The position numbers and the translations under genes are program-made. A DNA stretch of 63,623 nucleotides, filler included, from Reticulomyxa filosa (Eukaryota; Protista; Foraminifera), in NCBI GenBank assembly GCA_000512085.1. It is 20 parts of 20 records of this genome, joined end to end, with 100 filler letters (N's around TTAATTAATTAA, not from the genome) between each part and the next. Parts side by side here need not be neighbours in the genome. Positions count along the whole stretch, not along the records: positions 1 to 3,353 come from ASPP01004423.1; positions 3,454 to 9,584 come from ASPP01010025.1; positions 9,685 to 19,073 come from ASPP01024069.1; 17 more parts are not named here. One strand, written 5' to 3'. Under the pieces are notes generated by a model. The model was given only the letters and a program-made list of their open reading frames with translations, did not search any database and was not told where the DNA came from. This document shows, piece after piece, positions 1-12,619 of this stretch. Positions within the stretch are counted from its first letter, which is position 1. Each line of letters begins with the position of its first letter.

Positions 1-2869
1 CTTTTCTTTTACATTTGGAAGATTCCTCCACGTTTCATTATCTACATATTAAAAAAAAATTGATTTGAAGTAAGACAAAGAAAGGGGATGCGATTATCAC
101 ATTAAAAAAAACTTCATCATCTATTATAAACAATGTCTACTTCACAAGCCCGAAAATTCATTTGCCTCCACATCAGTGGCTTTCTTGCAAGCGGTGTAAT
201 ATTACCTTATCTCGTTTGTTGCTATTGTTAGTGCTAGTGTCACTATTGTCTGACACGCGCGCATCTTGCCCATCACGTCTTGTACTGCTTCCTCTGAATC
301 CAACTCCAGCAAAAGAGCAAGGATAAACATTCCTCGCTCGAATTACTCGCTTTCGTTGCTGTCCGATTGTCCACATTTTTCAACAATAGTAACATAGCAA
401 TAATAACATCAGTAAAGAGCCAAGCGTGCCGAACAACAAAGATGCAGCCACAATAGTACCAGCGATTAGTGTCGCCGTTGCTGCCGTCACAGAAATGGGG
501 AAAAAAAGATGATAAGACAATCTGCATTAGCGAAAAACAACCCGAAAAGCGCAAATCGATGGAGTTTTTGGCAGATAATGTGAACCATCTCCCAACAAAT
601 AACAGCAATAATAATAATAATAACAATGAAAACAACACAAGTAAAAGAAGCTGAAAATGAAATCAGTATAATAAGAATATCCGCTGGTGTCGAAGCGACT
701 GGCTCAGTGGAGGGGGCCTGAACTTGAACTTAGACCCAGAACAGGGCCGGAAATAAAAATTTGAGGATGAGAAGAAACAGAAATTGGAGCAGGAACAAAC
801 ATATGAATAACAATAAGAACAAAGAACATGTCCGGAACAAGACACTCTCCGAAAAGAAATTAAAGGAGACAATCGAAGCTATGCTCGGCGATGAAAAAGA
901 CACCGTTCCGAACGGTCACGTTGAAACATGCTGTTAGACAATATATAATCCTCTCCCCCCTATACGTGCACTGTACCGTCTGGTCACAATAGTGTTTAAA
1001 GGCAATATGATCGTTGAACGAAAAACAGACAGCTCGGATGTTGTCACAATCGCGATCACTTTGCAGTTAAAAGACGAAATGGAAGTGCACGAGTGAGTAT
1101 ATGCATCATTACCAATCACGATGGCATTCTTGGACCCAATCGAAATAGTAGATCTATTCTAATTGTGTACGTCATGTTAGTTCAATGATTTTTTGCTCTT
1201 TTTTTTTGTACTTTTTCCCATTTTTCGTTTTTTCTCAGTGTTATGACCACAAAAAAAACACATATTCTTGATTAAAAAATGTTGCCCAAAATAACTTTGA
1301 GTATGATATTTTGTTATTAGAACTAAGTAAAAAAATTTAATTACAAAAAAAAAATTGTAAATGACTAAAGAAATGTTCTCTGTAGTAAACAGTGATCATA
1401 GATCCAAAAGTGAACGAGAACTTGACTGTTAATCAATTTCAATGAACGTCCTTTGATTTTGCGACTCTTTAACCATTGTTTTGAATGTTTGATTAATGAA
1501 TAAAATGTCTCAATAACTGATCGGCTTCACATAGAGTAACAAAAGTCAAGTACAAAAACATGGAAATTCATACCAATTACTCAATTATTTTAAATATAGT
1601 TAACACAATTGGACACTTACATTAATTTGACATTGTCTTTAAAACACTTTCAGTTCAAGTTTCACTTTTGAATATATTGTGATGTAATACTTAATGTGCA
1701 AATATATCTTTTTGATCATCAAGCAAAAGGGAATTAAAAAAGAATCAAAATTTTATTTTTTCTTTTTTTTGTGATAGATCATTGAAAATTGATTTTTTTA
1801 TTTATATTCAAAATTACAATTGAAATAATGTCTTTTTTGTTTTGGTATTTGTGTGTTTGTATAATTTTCAATACAATTTCATTACTTAATCAAGGTCATT
1901 AAAACCCATTTAAAACTAATTGCAGTCTAAATTTGTACTACGTCAAGCTTTTTTCACCTTAATGTAACATATGTTTCATATTTTGTTTGGGTTTTAGCTC
2001 AGAATTAAGTTTTGTCTTTAGTTTTGATCTTTTTTTTGACTATGTTTTCCTTTTGTTCTGACTATTTTTTCTCATGCATGATCAGTTATTGTTGCTGCCG
2101 CTGCTGTAGTGTTGACTACTATATATTTGTGTTGACCTTTTTCTTTATATAACGATTTTGCCTTCTCGTTTTGTTGAGCTATCGTATTTTGCAAGCCATG
2201 ACTCATCTCTTTCAAATCGGCCGACGATACTGACGACGAAGATTTATTCGATTGCGCACTTTCGCTGCTGTTTCTATATCAGTCGCTGTCACTTTCCTGT
2301 ATTTCTTTGCCATTTATTTTTTGTTTGTGTCGTCTTTGGCGATATCGCTTGGCCGTAGCCTTGTTATTAGTATTAATATCAGTATTAACGATACAACAAT
2401 TAGTTTTAATTCACGCCTGTAGACTTGGTATCCGATATTTCGCTCGAGTTCACCTTGGTAGCTTCACTATATTCCTTTTCCTTCAGCTTTAGCATCAGCT
2501 TCGTGTGCAGTAATCGCACTAGCTATTACTTCCAATACTAATGCTACTACTACTAGCATTTGTATTAGTATTCTCAATATCGTTAGATTGCTTTGTCAAT
2601 TTCATTATCTTTTTTTTTCAACACTAATTCCCTTTCCACTCCCAACACATATTTGTCCTTTCGATATTGTGAATGTCATCAGTCTATTGCAAGCACACAC
2701 AAAGTATGTGATCGTTGTCTTTGCTATGTTTTACTGTAGTTTTGTTTAATTTCATCGAGCTGCTTTCCAATATCACAATACCTTCAGGAAGTAGCTATAT
2801 ACATTTATATATATCAATTGTGTGAATAAAATATCCAAACTCAACTTGTAACAAGGCCTCAAAGTTAGT

Positions 2870-3300
2870 GTTAACGTGAATAGACTTTCTGACAGCTAAT
2901 GTGTCATCTCATTTCCATTTGGTCAATCAAAGGGTCCTCGAGCAGCTCGGAAATTTAACTCTTTCGCTACTTTGCTTCCAATTGGATTGGTCATACACTC
3001 GGCCAAAGCATTAATCAATGATTTGACCTTTTGTTGCAAAAATTACAATTGGCCCAATTGCTTGGAAAGTGTTGCTTTTTTGTCGTTTTTATACAAAGCT
3101 ATTTTTAACAACAAATCTTTTTCATATCTTCAAATGTTATCCGCCAAGTCATCAAATGCTTTCTCAACTTTCTTTGAACTATTGTAATTCTCTTACAATC
3201 CAGTCATTGATGTTTCCAATTTATTCACGCTCATTGATATCTTCTTGTATTTTTTTTGCAATGATTCATTTTCTCTTGACCCTTTCCAATACCACCACAT
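2870..3300 (-). pseudogene. Decayed coiled-coil coding segment resembling the TRIM/B-box C-terminal coiled coil
   Basis: The minus strand reads ...KVEKAFDDLADNI*RYEKDLLLKIALYKNDKKATLSKQLGQL*FLQQKVKSLINALAEC..., matching the 'F..L...L..RE..LL.......K...L..Q' pattern, with in-frame stops. Confidence 0.4.
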
Positions 3301-3353
3301 ATGTCTGTTACAATCTCGATAGACTCATAACTCCTGAACATCACGAATAGTTT

Positions 3354-3453
3354 NNNNNNNNNNNNNNNNNNNNNNNNNNNNNNNNNNNNNNNNNNNNTTA
3401 ATTAATTAANNNNNNNNNNNNNNNNNNNNNNNNNNNNNNNNNNNNNNNNNNNN
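3354..3453. other. Artificial contig linker (N44-TTAATTAATTAA-N44); 19 copies in the window
   Basis: The same 100-bp spacer, with stops in all six frames, occurs at 3354, 9585, 19074, 20534, 23124, 27962, 29520, 37596, 41144, 42866, 45410, 47305, 51037, 52730, 54153, 55414, 56739, 58671 and 60072. Base composition changes abruptly across several of them. Confidence 0.98.
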
Positions 3454-3489
<36 letters not shown>

Positions 3490-3495
3490 TCATCA

Positions 3496-4104
3496 GTGTG
3501 GAAGGACAATGAAGAAACGAAAGAGGGGATAAATGAACAAGATGGCAATGCAAGGTTTGTTCCTTTTGTCGATTCAGACATGCCATTGTTGGAGAGTTAT
3601 GCAGACAATGAAAATATATTAGCACTGGACAAAGAGAAAGAAAAAGAGGAGACAGACATAGTATCGATAAAACAAAAATTGGACTCACATGCTTTGGATC
3701 GACCCATATTGTCATGTGCATCCGTACATTCGAACGAAGCGAGTGCATGTTGGAAGCAGAAAATAATGGAGGAAATGGGATGGAAACCCTGGACCATGGC
3801 GACTCCTGACGGTAATGGCTCGACGTCGGTGGGCCAGTCCATTTACCAAAGCTTTGCGCAAGAAGTGTATGGGACGATGGAATGTTCGAAGAAAGTCCAA
3901 GACGAGTGCACCACTTATTTGAAAGCCCACAATTCCTTTTTCGACCGCTATGCTCGCGCTAGTCCTCATCTCATTGGAGAGTTGCAGCTGCAGTATTTTT
4001 CGTGGGAGACTTTGTCTTACCTGTGGGCCTTGTCGGAGTTCTACAATGTTCGCTGTCGCGTTTTCCGATTTGACAATACCAAAGGTACAATAAAAAGGGG
4101 AATA

Positions 4105-4149
<45 letters not shown>

Positions 4150-5301
4150 GGGAAAAACAAACAAAATAAATAAATAACCAATAGGTGAGTTGGAAATGCT
4201 TTTTGACAATTGTAACAATGAACAAAGTGTAAAATTGCCAGTGGTATTGATGCTGTATGATAACAGCACGAACAAGTTTGAACTGGTAATTGATGAAGAG
4301 ACGCATCTGATTCATCCAAGACCTTTGGGGCTTGCCTATCAAGTTTATTTTTATTTTTTTATGTTTTTATTTTTTTTTTGTTCTTCTTATTTGTTTTATG
4401 AATGCAATTAATTACAAAAGGTGTAGCAAACAAAACAAAGAGGTCGAGTGTTTCCCTGAAAGATGTTCGAATTGACAATTGGAAGAAAGACCAATCCAAC
4501 CGGTCTCTTCTAAAAAATGCAAAGAAAGCAGAGACAAAAATAGAAAAGGGGTTGTATGAGACCGACCCAGATAAAGGCAATGAGAAGACAATGGTCGAAA
4601 ATGACAAAAAGATTACGACTACGTCGCCGTTGTCATTGTCTTCATTGTCATCTGTAGCTGCAACAACAACAGCAGCAGCTGTGATATTACCACATATCCG
4701 AAAACGAGAACTTGCTGTGGTTACCCCTCCGACACGATCATTTGCCAAGTGCCTGGATGCAAAGCCGACTCATATGCACGACGCTCCATTTGCTTTGGAG
4801 ACTCAAATGTCCGAACAACTGTCACTGCAGAACCGAGGCAAGTTCAATAAACAATCTGAAGTCAACAACAATTCATCAACAACGACCAAAGACATACAGA
4901 ATATCACAACAATGAACGAACATTCAAACAGTCTCATGTTCAACAATATTCGACATGTATTTCAACAGTATCAGACTTTGATGCAAACTTTGGATACTCT
5001 CATATCCAATCCCTCTTTCGATTTTGACAGTATGGAATGTCTACGTGAATTACATTGTCATATGCATGAACAATGCAAAAAATTAGAAAAAAATATCATC
5101 TTGTCTCCTTTCGATTCTCCACACACTTCTTTATCCAAACATAAACTTCTACATCCTTGCCAACTTTGCCGACGTGAAGAAAAGTCAATTCTTTTTTTAC
5201 CTTGCGCACATGTCGCCACTTGTTCTCAATGCTCCAATCCTCTTTCCAAATGTCCTCTTTGCAATACCCTTGTCAACCAAAAAATTCATGTCTTATTGTA
5301 A
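3496..5301 (+). CDS. Multi-exon protein: degenerate OTU-like domain plus C-terminal IAP/MDM2-type RING finger (5' partial)
   Basis: Exon 1 reads TPDGNGSTSVGQSIYQSFAQEVYG...LWALSEFYNVRCRVF (OTU-like). A GT-AG intron at 4085-4184 joins in frame to GELEMLFDN...PVVLMLYDNSTNKFELV. A second intron lies at about 4343-4440. The C-terminus is CQLCRREEKSILFLPCAHVATCSQCSNPLSKCPLC (C3HC4 RING). Confidence 0.75.
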
Positions 5302-5687
5302 TTGACACGCTGTTCTTCTTCACAAATTTTTAAAAAAATCGATCACTTCTTGTGATTCACATTTTATTGATCTTGCTTTTTTTTTTTTTCCCCTGTAAAA
5401 TGCTCTTTCCATGTATGTGTTGTTTTTCGGTTTTATTTCTATTTAGTTTTTACTTGTATTTTGCGATCAAACAAAAGTTTCCATTAAAGAAAAGGAAAAA
5501 CATTAAAGGAACTCTCTTGCATATGAAGCAACATTTAGCTTTGTTGAGATAATTGTGGGCGCCCTTTTGCGAAAAAGTTCAGTTGAATAATTAACATTAT
5601 CGAGAAACAAATTCACAAATAAAACAATTTTTTTTGTAAAAAGAAAACCAAAAGACAAATCATCAGTACAAGTTTCGTGTTTGAGGT

Positions 5688-6457
5688 ATGACGAACTATC
5701 GTGACTTAATCGGACAGCAGTTCAGGGTCCCACAGTTTGATGATTTTCGAGCCTCGAATGGGACGTTTCGAGAGGCACAAAAAATCCGTGATCAGTTGTT
5801 GGAGATGTTGGACGCGTTATGTAAATTGACAACAAAAAGAAAAAAAGAGAGAGAGTATATGGGAAAAAAAAACAACAAAATAAATTCAAATAAAACTAGT
5901 CTTCACACAGTGGCACAATTACAAAATGATCGTAAATTGGTAAGCACGTTGCAGCATCAATTTGATTGGATAATGAGGTAATTGGAATTTGTGTAATTTG
6001 AATTTTGTTTGTTTGTTTCATTATTTTTTTTTTTTTTGATCAATAACAAAAACACGCACATATACAAAGTGAAAAGTCGAAATACGAGGACTACTCGTAT
6101 TCATTTTTCAAAATGAACCATTTGCCTGGGTCATGGACAACTGCGAGTGACAAGACCGGAACTGGAGTTGGGATGGGAGATGGGACTGGAAATGACAACA
6201 ACAACGGTAATGGCAATGAGCCCCGCCAATTGAAATATGACGGACCAGGCAACGCTCGAGGTTGGAACACAGGCAATACAGGTTATCCCTCCAACGCAAA
6301 AGCGCTTACATATCATACACCCCCACTGCGTCATGGCGATGGTAATGGCAGTGGTGATCATGACAATCCAACTCATAGCCACAACCTTCATCTCCGTGTC
6401 CGCGTTAATCCGAATGAATTTGAGGATGCAATTGGTAATGCTGATAATGAAGATGAC

Positions 6458-6499
<42 letters not shown>

Positions 6500-7366
6500 A
6501 ATGGTCATGGTGGTAGTGGTGGTGATGATGAAGATGGACACTACTATCCTCCATTTCATCATGGCAATCATCATCACTATCACCAACATTCTTCTTCTTC
6601 TTCTTCTTCCTATTGCCAGCATTGCCACTCTCACGGTGGTGCTGCCTCCCCTGCCGTGAGCATGAGTACTCAATCGGAAGACACTCTCTCCGTTCAATCG
6701 GAACAGATCACCTCCACCCTCCGTTATCATCCTCATCATCGCAATTACTCTTTGCAACATCCGACCCGTTCCAAAACCAAACCTTTGATCGACACTCAGA
6801 ATCGTGATGCAAACAGTCGTGCTAAACATAAGCACCAACAACACTTGCATCCACACCTGTATCCACATCCATATTCACATCCATACCCTTATCCGTCCCA
6901 TCTGCAGCATCCAAATTACCAACAACATGGGCAGCTTTCGTTGCAATCCAGCAGCAGAAAGACGATGGAAGCTGCGCAGATGAAACAGGCACAGGCACAG
7001 GCCTCCACGGAAGAGAACGTTTACAGTCCACACAAAGTGCACAGACATCACCAAGTGCACACTTACGGTGACCATTCCATTGACCAAGTTTTAAATTCAA
7101 GTTTTTTTTAAAATTATTATTATTATTAATCTATCGAACTTGTGTACACACATACGTATAGCATGTATGTACGTGTTGTGAAGAAAATGTTAGTACAGAA
7201 GCGAGAAGAAAAAGAAGAACACAAGAAAAATAACTCAAATGAGGAATTGGCAGGATTTCCGGCGAAGTTCTCCTTGAATCACGATAATGACAGTGAGAAT
7301 GTTAGTAAACAGAATAATAGCAATAACAACAATAACAATAACAACAATAACAATAATAGCAATAAC

Positions 7367-7411
<45 letters not shown>

Positions 7412-9505
7412 GTCGAAGAACACAATGAAAAACACAACGATCAGCAAAGAGGTCGTAACGAATTGACGAATGACAGCAACAACAACAACAATAACGATGG
7501 AAGCAATGAGCCTTCGAAAAACTAATTAACGAAGCAGTGCACAATATGCCTTTGCTGAAAAAAGCGATAATGGGATTCGTCTCCGACGTCAAGTCGCGCA
7601 TCTCGCAGCCTTTCGGCATTGCCAGTCTTGATATCCAACCTTCTCCTGTCCTCGATTCGCAACAAGCGTCTTCCCCACACATCAGCCCATCTCCCTCCTA
7701 AGGCAGCTCACAGTCGCAATGATCACATCCACGATCAGGGTCAGAGTCAGAGTCAGAGTCAGAGTCAGAGTCAGGGTCAGGATTATGATAATAGAAATAG
7801 TCACAGCGATGAGCATGGCAATGTCTTTGGGAGTGAGCATGCAGCTGCGCAAGCGAATACGTCACCGCATGTGGAAGCCAATTCGTACAATAGCACGCTA
7901 ATACGAGCACGCCAAAGTCTGGTGATAACAGCCGACGGCAATGGCTACAGCGACTCGCCCGAGCCGATGGACAACGTCCCAGGGGCGTATCAGCCATTTC
8001 CAATTGAAAGCGCGGACATGCAATACGTAAGTCCACAGTCCAAGCCAAAGCCAATGCCAAGTATTGTTATACTTTTATATTTATTTGTTTGTTTGTCCAT
8101 TATTCGAATGAAGGGAGAGAAATAAAATGTGATTGGTGAGGTGTTGTTTTGTTCCCAAAATGAGGTAGGGTAGGGAGGAGGGGAAGGGAGGATAATGCAA
8201 AAACTAAACATGAGGGCAAATAAACGAAAAAAGCGACGACGGCGACGACAACGACGATGACGACGACGACGACGACAACGTCGACGACAGCAACGATGGC
8301 AACGGCAGCAACGGGGACAACGGAAAAGTCGCAACAGCCAAAGGGTTCGTTGCTCACGTTTTTGGCACGCTCCAATCACAACGACAAAGTCATAGCTGCT
8401 CCAAGCTCCGCTGTTGCCTTGGGCAACTCCAACAGTACCCACAGTAATCATGGCGTTGCCTCCGTCGCGAGACGAGACCCGTCCATGTCAAGCGCAATGA
8501 CGTCCATCCATTCCAACGACAAGGATGTCGCCTTGTCTTTGATCTCAATTCCAAAGACTTGCAGTGAGCCTCCATCCTTTGCCTCTGTCGCCGGAAAGCA
8601 GCCAAATCAATCATTTTCCAGTTTTCGTACTCTATTTTATTTATACGTATATATACATATATATATACATATACATATGTATATACGTCTTTTTTTGAGT
8701 TTACTTTTGCTTTGGTTGCTCGCTTCGATCAATAGAAAATAAAAAAGTGCTAAATGTAATCGACACCTCCATTCCCCCTCATCCCTTTTGGTCTGGTAGT
8801 CCTTTGTGCAACTCCAACTCCTCCGCAAATGCGTCTCATCATTTGTCTTCCTCCTCAAACTCTTTCAACAACGGCTTCGGCAACTCGTCGTCCAGTGATA
8901 TGTCTGGTCCAGGCGCGGATTCGCATTTGAATGCACATTGGAATAATAACAATAACAATAACAATAACAATAATAACAATTGCAATAACAACAATAACAA
9001 CCTCAATGCAAATGCAAATGCAAATGCAAATGCAAATAATAAAGGTAGCAATCGAGTCCGATTTGGACCACGCTTAACGCAGGAAACACTCGACTCGATA
9101 TTTCCGGGCACGTTTGTGAAGAACCTGCCGAGCACGGCCGACGGAACCAAGCTGCAGTATATGACGGAAGTGCAAGTCCACACCATCCAGGACTTGGTGG
9201 ACAACCACAGCCCGTTGTCCACCATGTGTCACGTCATTGCGAGCGCGGCTGGAACGGGCAAGACCACTATGGCCTTGGTATTGGCGCTGTATGACTTGTA
9301 TTCCCATGAAAAGCGCGTCAAAAGTCACGAATCGCGGCTTCATCGCGGCCACATCAAAGAGGACAAGTACACTGACACCGACAAAAAGTCAAATGCACTG
9401 ACTGCGACCGATTTAGAAACACTCAAAGAAATTAGCAATCCTGTGTATATTTTTATTGTTGTTTCGCAAACGTCAAGAATTGAAAGTGTCACCAACGTTT
9501 TGTGA
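5688..9505 (+). CDS. Large multi-exon, mostly low-complexity protein ending in the N-terminal part of a divergent DEAD-box/SF2-like ATPase domain (3' truncated; apparent frameshifts near 7520 and 7690)
   Basis: A chain of + strand exons is separated by AT-rich introns and encodes poly-D, H, N, QS and T tracts. The last exon has a Q-motif-like LQYMTEVQVHTIQ followed by Walker A-like VIASAAGTGKTT. The exon joining is inferred. Confidence 0.55.
6450..6499 (+). repeat. (GAT)n microsatellite encoding poly-Asp
   Basis: Tandem GAT repeats are directly visible. Confidence 0.95.
7313..7410 (+). repeat. (AAT/AAC)n microsatellite encoding poly-Asn
   Basis: Directly visible. Similar tracts occur at 8942-9000 and 3454-3489. 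Confidence 0.95.
7742..7773 (+). repeat. (CAGAGT)n hexamer repeat encoding QSQSQS
   Basis: Directly visible. Confidence 0.9.
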
Positions 9506-9543
9506 AAAAAAAAATATATAAATTTTTTTTTGCTTACTCAGAT

Positions 9544-9584
<41 letters not shown>

Positions 9585-9684
9585 NNNNNNNNNNNNNNNN
9601 NNNNNNNNNNNNNNNNNNNNNNNNNNNNTTAATTAATTAANNNNNNNNNNNNNNNNNNNNNNNNNNNNNNNNNNNNNNNNNNNN

Positions 9685-9840
9685 ATATATATACATATAT
9701 ATATACATATATGTATATATATGTATATACATATACATATATATATTATATATATACATATATGTATATATATGTACATATATATATTATATATATATAC
9801 ATTTATATATTATATATATACATTTATATATTATATTTAT
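9685..9840. repeat. Degenerate (AT)n/ATAC microsatellite, probably intronic
   Basis: Directly visible. It ends at an acceptor-like TTTCAG at about 9844. Confidence 0.85.
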
Positions 9841-9844
9841 TCAG

Positions 9845-10415
9845 ACCTACGTCTTCTGACACATTATTGTTACGTAATGCGGCTGGTGATGTAATGGAAT
9901 ATCGAAATGCGAAAAATTCCGTTCGATTGATATGCGGTGGCTTGCCGAGTGAAATACTGCATCGACGGGTTGAGCAAGAGCGCTCGTACTTGGCGTGGCT
10001 CAATTTGGCGCAAGCGGTGCGCAATTACTACCAGGATGCTCAACACAGAAATATGGCAAACAATTTCACCTTCGCGGATATCGGCGAACTCTTTCGGAAA
10101 AAAGAAGAGCGCGATTTCAAGTTTCGATGTTGGGACGGCATGTTGGAGTGCATGGAAATGTTGGAATGCATTGAACCCAAACTGTACTCCGTACTTGTCT
10201 CTGAGCGAAGTACTTATCTCAACTCCATTTTAAATCACACTTGTCAATCTTTGCAACTACAATCTCACTCCAAACAAAATGCCACCGATAACAAACTGTT
10301 TTTAATTTGTGGCCAAGCATTGGTTCCTAGCATTGTTCAAACTGTTTTTCAACGAGACTTGCTTGATATTTTGGAGCAAACTGCTGCACAGTCCGATCAC
10401 GCCAAACTTCTGTGA
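9845..10415 (+). CDS. Last exon of a divergent TraB/PrgY (TRABD-like) domain protein
   Basis: EPKLYSVLVSERSTYLNSIL...KLFLICGQALVPSI resembles the TraB C-terminal motifs 'P.ly..Lv.ERD.YM...L' and 'vvAVVG.gHv.GI'. Confidence 0.55.
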
Positions 10416-10769
10416 TATTATTAGATCTTTTTTTTTTTTTCATTTAAAAAAAAACAACAATTTTTTTTCTCTTCTTTGCACCTATCGTCCCCCCCCCCCC
10501 CACTAAACCTAAATCATTGATCAATGGTAACATCGCTGATGGCTATTTTCTCAAATCTTAAAAGTAACTTTGATTCGCTCGATTTTTATTTGTTTTTAAT
10601 TGTGCACAAAGCCTTTGTGTAAAAGAGGTCACATAAAGCATTTTACTAATAGTTGTTAATACTCTTTATAACTGTGGTTATCTGAATTTTTTTTTTGTTA
10701 CGACCCAACAACAAGACGATATTCTTTTGAACTTAAAAAAAAAAAAGGGACCAATCAAAGACAAAAAAT

Positions 10770-11841
10770 TCAAATGCCAGCCACAGTATTAAAAAACAAG
10801 CGAGGATCATAATGAACACTAATGAAAACATCACTGTTCGGAGCCAATTGACATCCCCATTCAACGCCATATTTGGTGTTGTTATGGCTCATTTGAACAG
10901 GTTTGAACACGACGATGTTCTCTTGAACAACGCACGCAGCAGCCAATAAATCGTGAAGCTTTTTGTTGAAATTTTTTTTTTCGGCATAAACACTGAGACC
11001 TTGATGAATGCAGTTCAAGCCGAGATTGGAGTTTTTGTACTTTGTGAGCTGTGTAAAGAAGGCTTCATTGCAAATGCAGCCATGGCAAACATTTTTCGAA
11101 ACGAGAAGTTTTCTTTTGATTCGTTTCGAATTCAAGCAATAGTCTGCCGCTTTGATATTTCCATTGAAATTGAAAGTCGGACATGTCGTCATCCCTTTGA
11201 ACTTTGAAAGTTGGTTTTGTTCCGGAACAACGTTTGCACCAGCAAATCCCCCTTGTCCGATCCACAACGATATCACTTGATCGGTCTTCTCATACGTTTT
11301 CAAATAGCTATATACATTTGTCAATGGTCCACCCGTCACCAGCACCAAGTCTGGATATGTCGTCAATGCATCTTCATTTTTTTTATTTTTAATTTTTAAA
11401 ATTTTAAATTTTTAAAATTTTTTTAAATAATAATAATTAGTATTGAGTTTTTTTTTCCTCCTACTCTTAACTATATATAACTTGAGATGCTGCACCATCT
11501 GCTTCTCCAGACTCAAACTCTCCGCACACCTTTTTCCAAATGCTGCCGTTTATGCACGGCTTTGGATGCTTTGCGTTTCCTGATCCAATTGGAATTGTTC
11601 TTGGCTTGTCGGCCTCGCTTCCACTTGTCATGCACTTCAGTCGCACCAACAGTTTTCTTATTGTTCCTACTTGTGTTAATGACCCCGGCGTTATTGTCAC
11701 TGCTCTTAACGCTACCTTCGGATGAGTGGCCAGAAAACACAAGGCAAAGAGATCATCGCAATCATTCGTCTCCATGTCATACAATACATTGAGGCGCTGG
11801 TCTTTTATCAAGGGCTGCTCTTTATGCTCTTCAGCAGCCAT
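10770..11841 (-). CDS. Inosine/uridine-preferring nucleoside hydrolase family protein (2 exons)
   Basis: The N-terminal motif is YDMETNDCDDLFAL (DxExxxxDD), followed by GGPLTN, TFNFNGN and LHDLLAAA. A phase-1 GT-AG intron at about 11471-11373 gives VIY-N-ALTTYPDLVLV. Confidence 0.88.
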
Positions 11842-12100
11842 TATCAATGTGAATTTTTCTTCTATGCTGTCCCTTTTAAAAATTCAGATAGGTTTGTCCC
11901 TTTACAAGAAAAAGAAAACTCGCCGAGATTGAAACTTTTCAACAAGATTATTTTAAAGGCAAAGTTTAACCACAACTACAATGGGAAAAATTTGATAATC
12001 TTCGAAAACAAACTAAAAGAAAAAAAAAAAAAAGGAAAATTCCTTTTTTTTTTTTTTTGCATGATGTCAGATATGAATATACTCATCAAAAAAAAAAATG

Positions 12101-12619
12101 TTATGAACTTCTTTTAACTAATTCCGGATATGTTGCATCGAAACTCTTAATGCCTCCTTGCACATTGGTTACATTAAGAATGCCTAATTGTTTCAAATGT
12201 TGAGCAGTCTTAAAGGAGCGAACGCCACTCCGACACATGACAAAAATTTGGTCATAATTTTTGGGTACTTTATCAAGCAACTTAGCCACTTCTTGTGCAG
12301 AGTTGCATTTTAACAGCGTCGCCATTGGCATATGTACTACGTCTTTTCCTTCAATCCTTCCATCCTCAACCAGTTCGTTAGGATTACGACAATCCAGCAC
12401 CAACACATTACTGTTCCCTGCTTTTCGTATTTTTTGTAGTTCTGTAACCGTTTTTTCTGGGATGGTTGGTTGCACAGTTGAAAAGCGTCTGTAGACGCCC
12501 GTGTACAGAGGTTTACGAAGGACTGGTCGTAATGTACTGCCTTTTCGCAATTGCATCACAGTCCGAAAAACATGTTGCCGTCTCAACGCTTTGAAACAAA
12601 CACGATATATTTTTGACAT
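12101..12619 (-). CDS. Single-domain rhodanese/sulfurtransferase with a mitochondrial-type presequence
   Basis: Motifs VLDCRNPNE..DGRIEG, active-site loop MCRSGVRS, and VQGGI. The Arg-rich, acid-free N-terminus runs from the ATG at 12619 to RRFS. Confidence 0.88.
   Translation of the reverse strand: MSKIYRVCFKALRRQHVFRTVMQLRKGSTLRPVLRKPLYTGVYRRFSTVQPTIPEKTVTELQKIRKAGNSNVLVLDCRNPNELVEDGRIEGKDVVHMPMATLLKCNSAQEVAKLLDKVPKNYDQIFVMCRSGVRSFKTAQHLKQLGILNVTNVQGGIKSFDATYPELVKRSS

Noticed and set aside
173-1150. Possible gene at the start of the window
   Set aside because: The composition is coding-like, but every frame is broken and I recognised no family. At most it is an unidentifiable relic.
6131-7682. 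Long poly-Ile, poly-Met and poly-Tyr ORFs in alternative frames and on the reverse strand
   Set aside because: They are shadow translations of GAT and AAT microsatellites.
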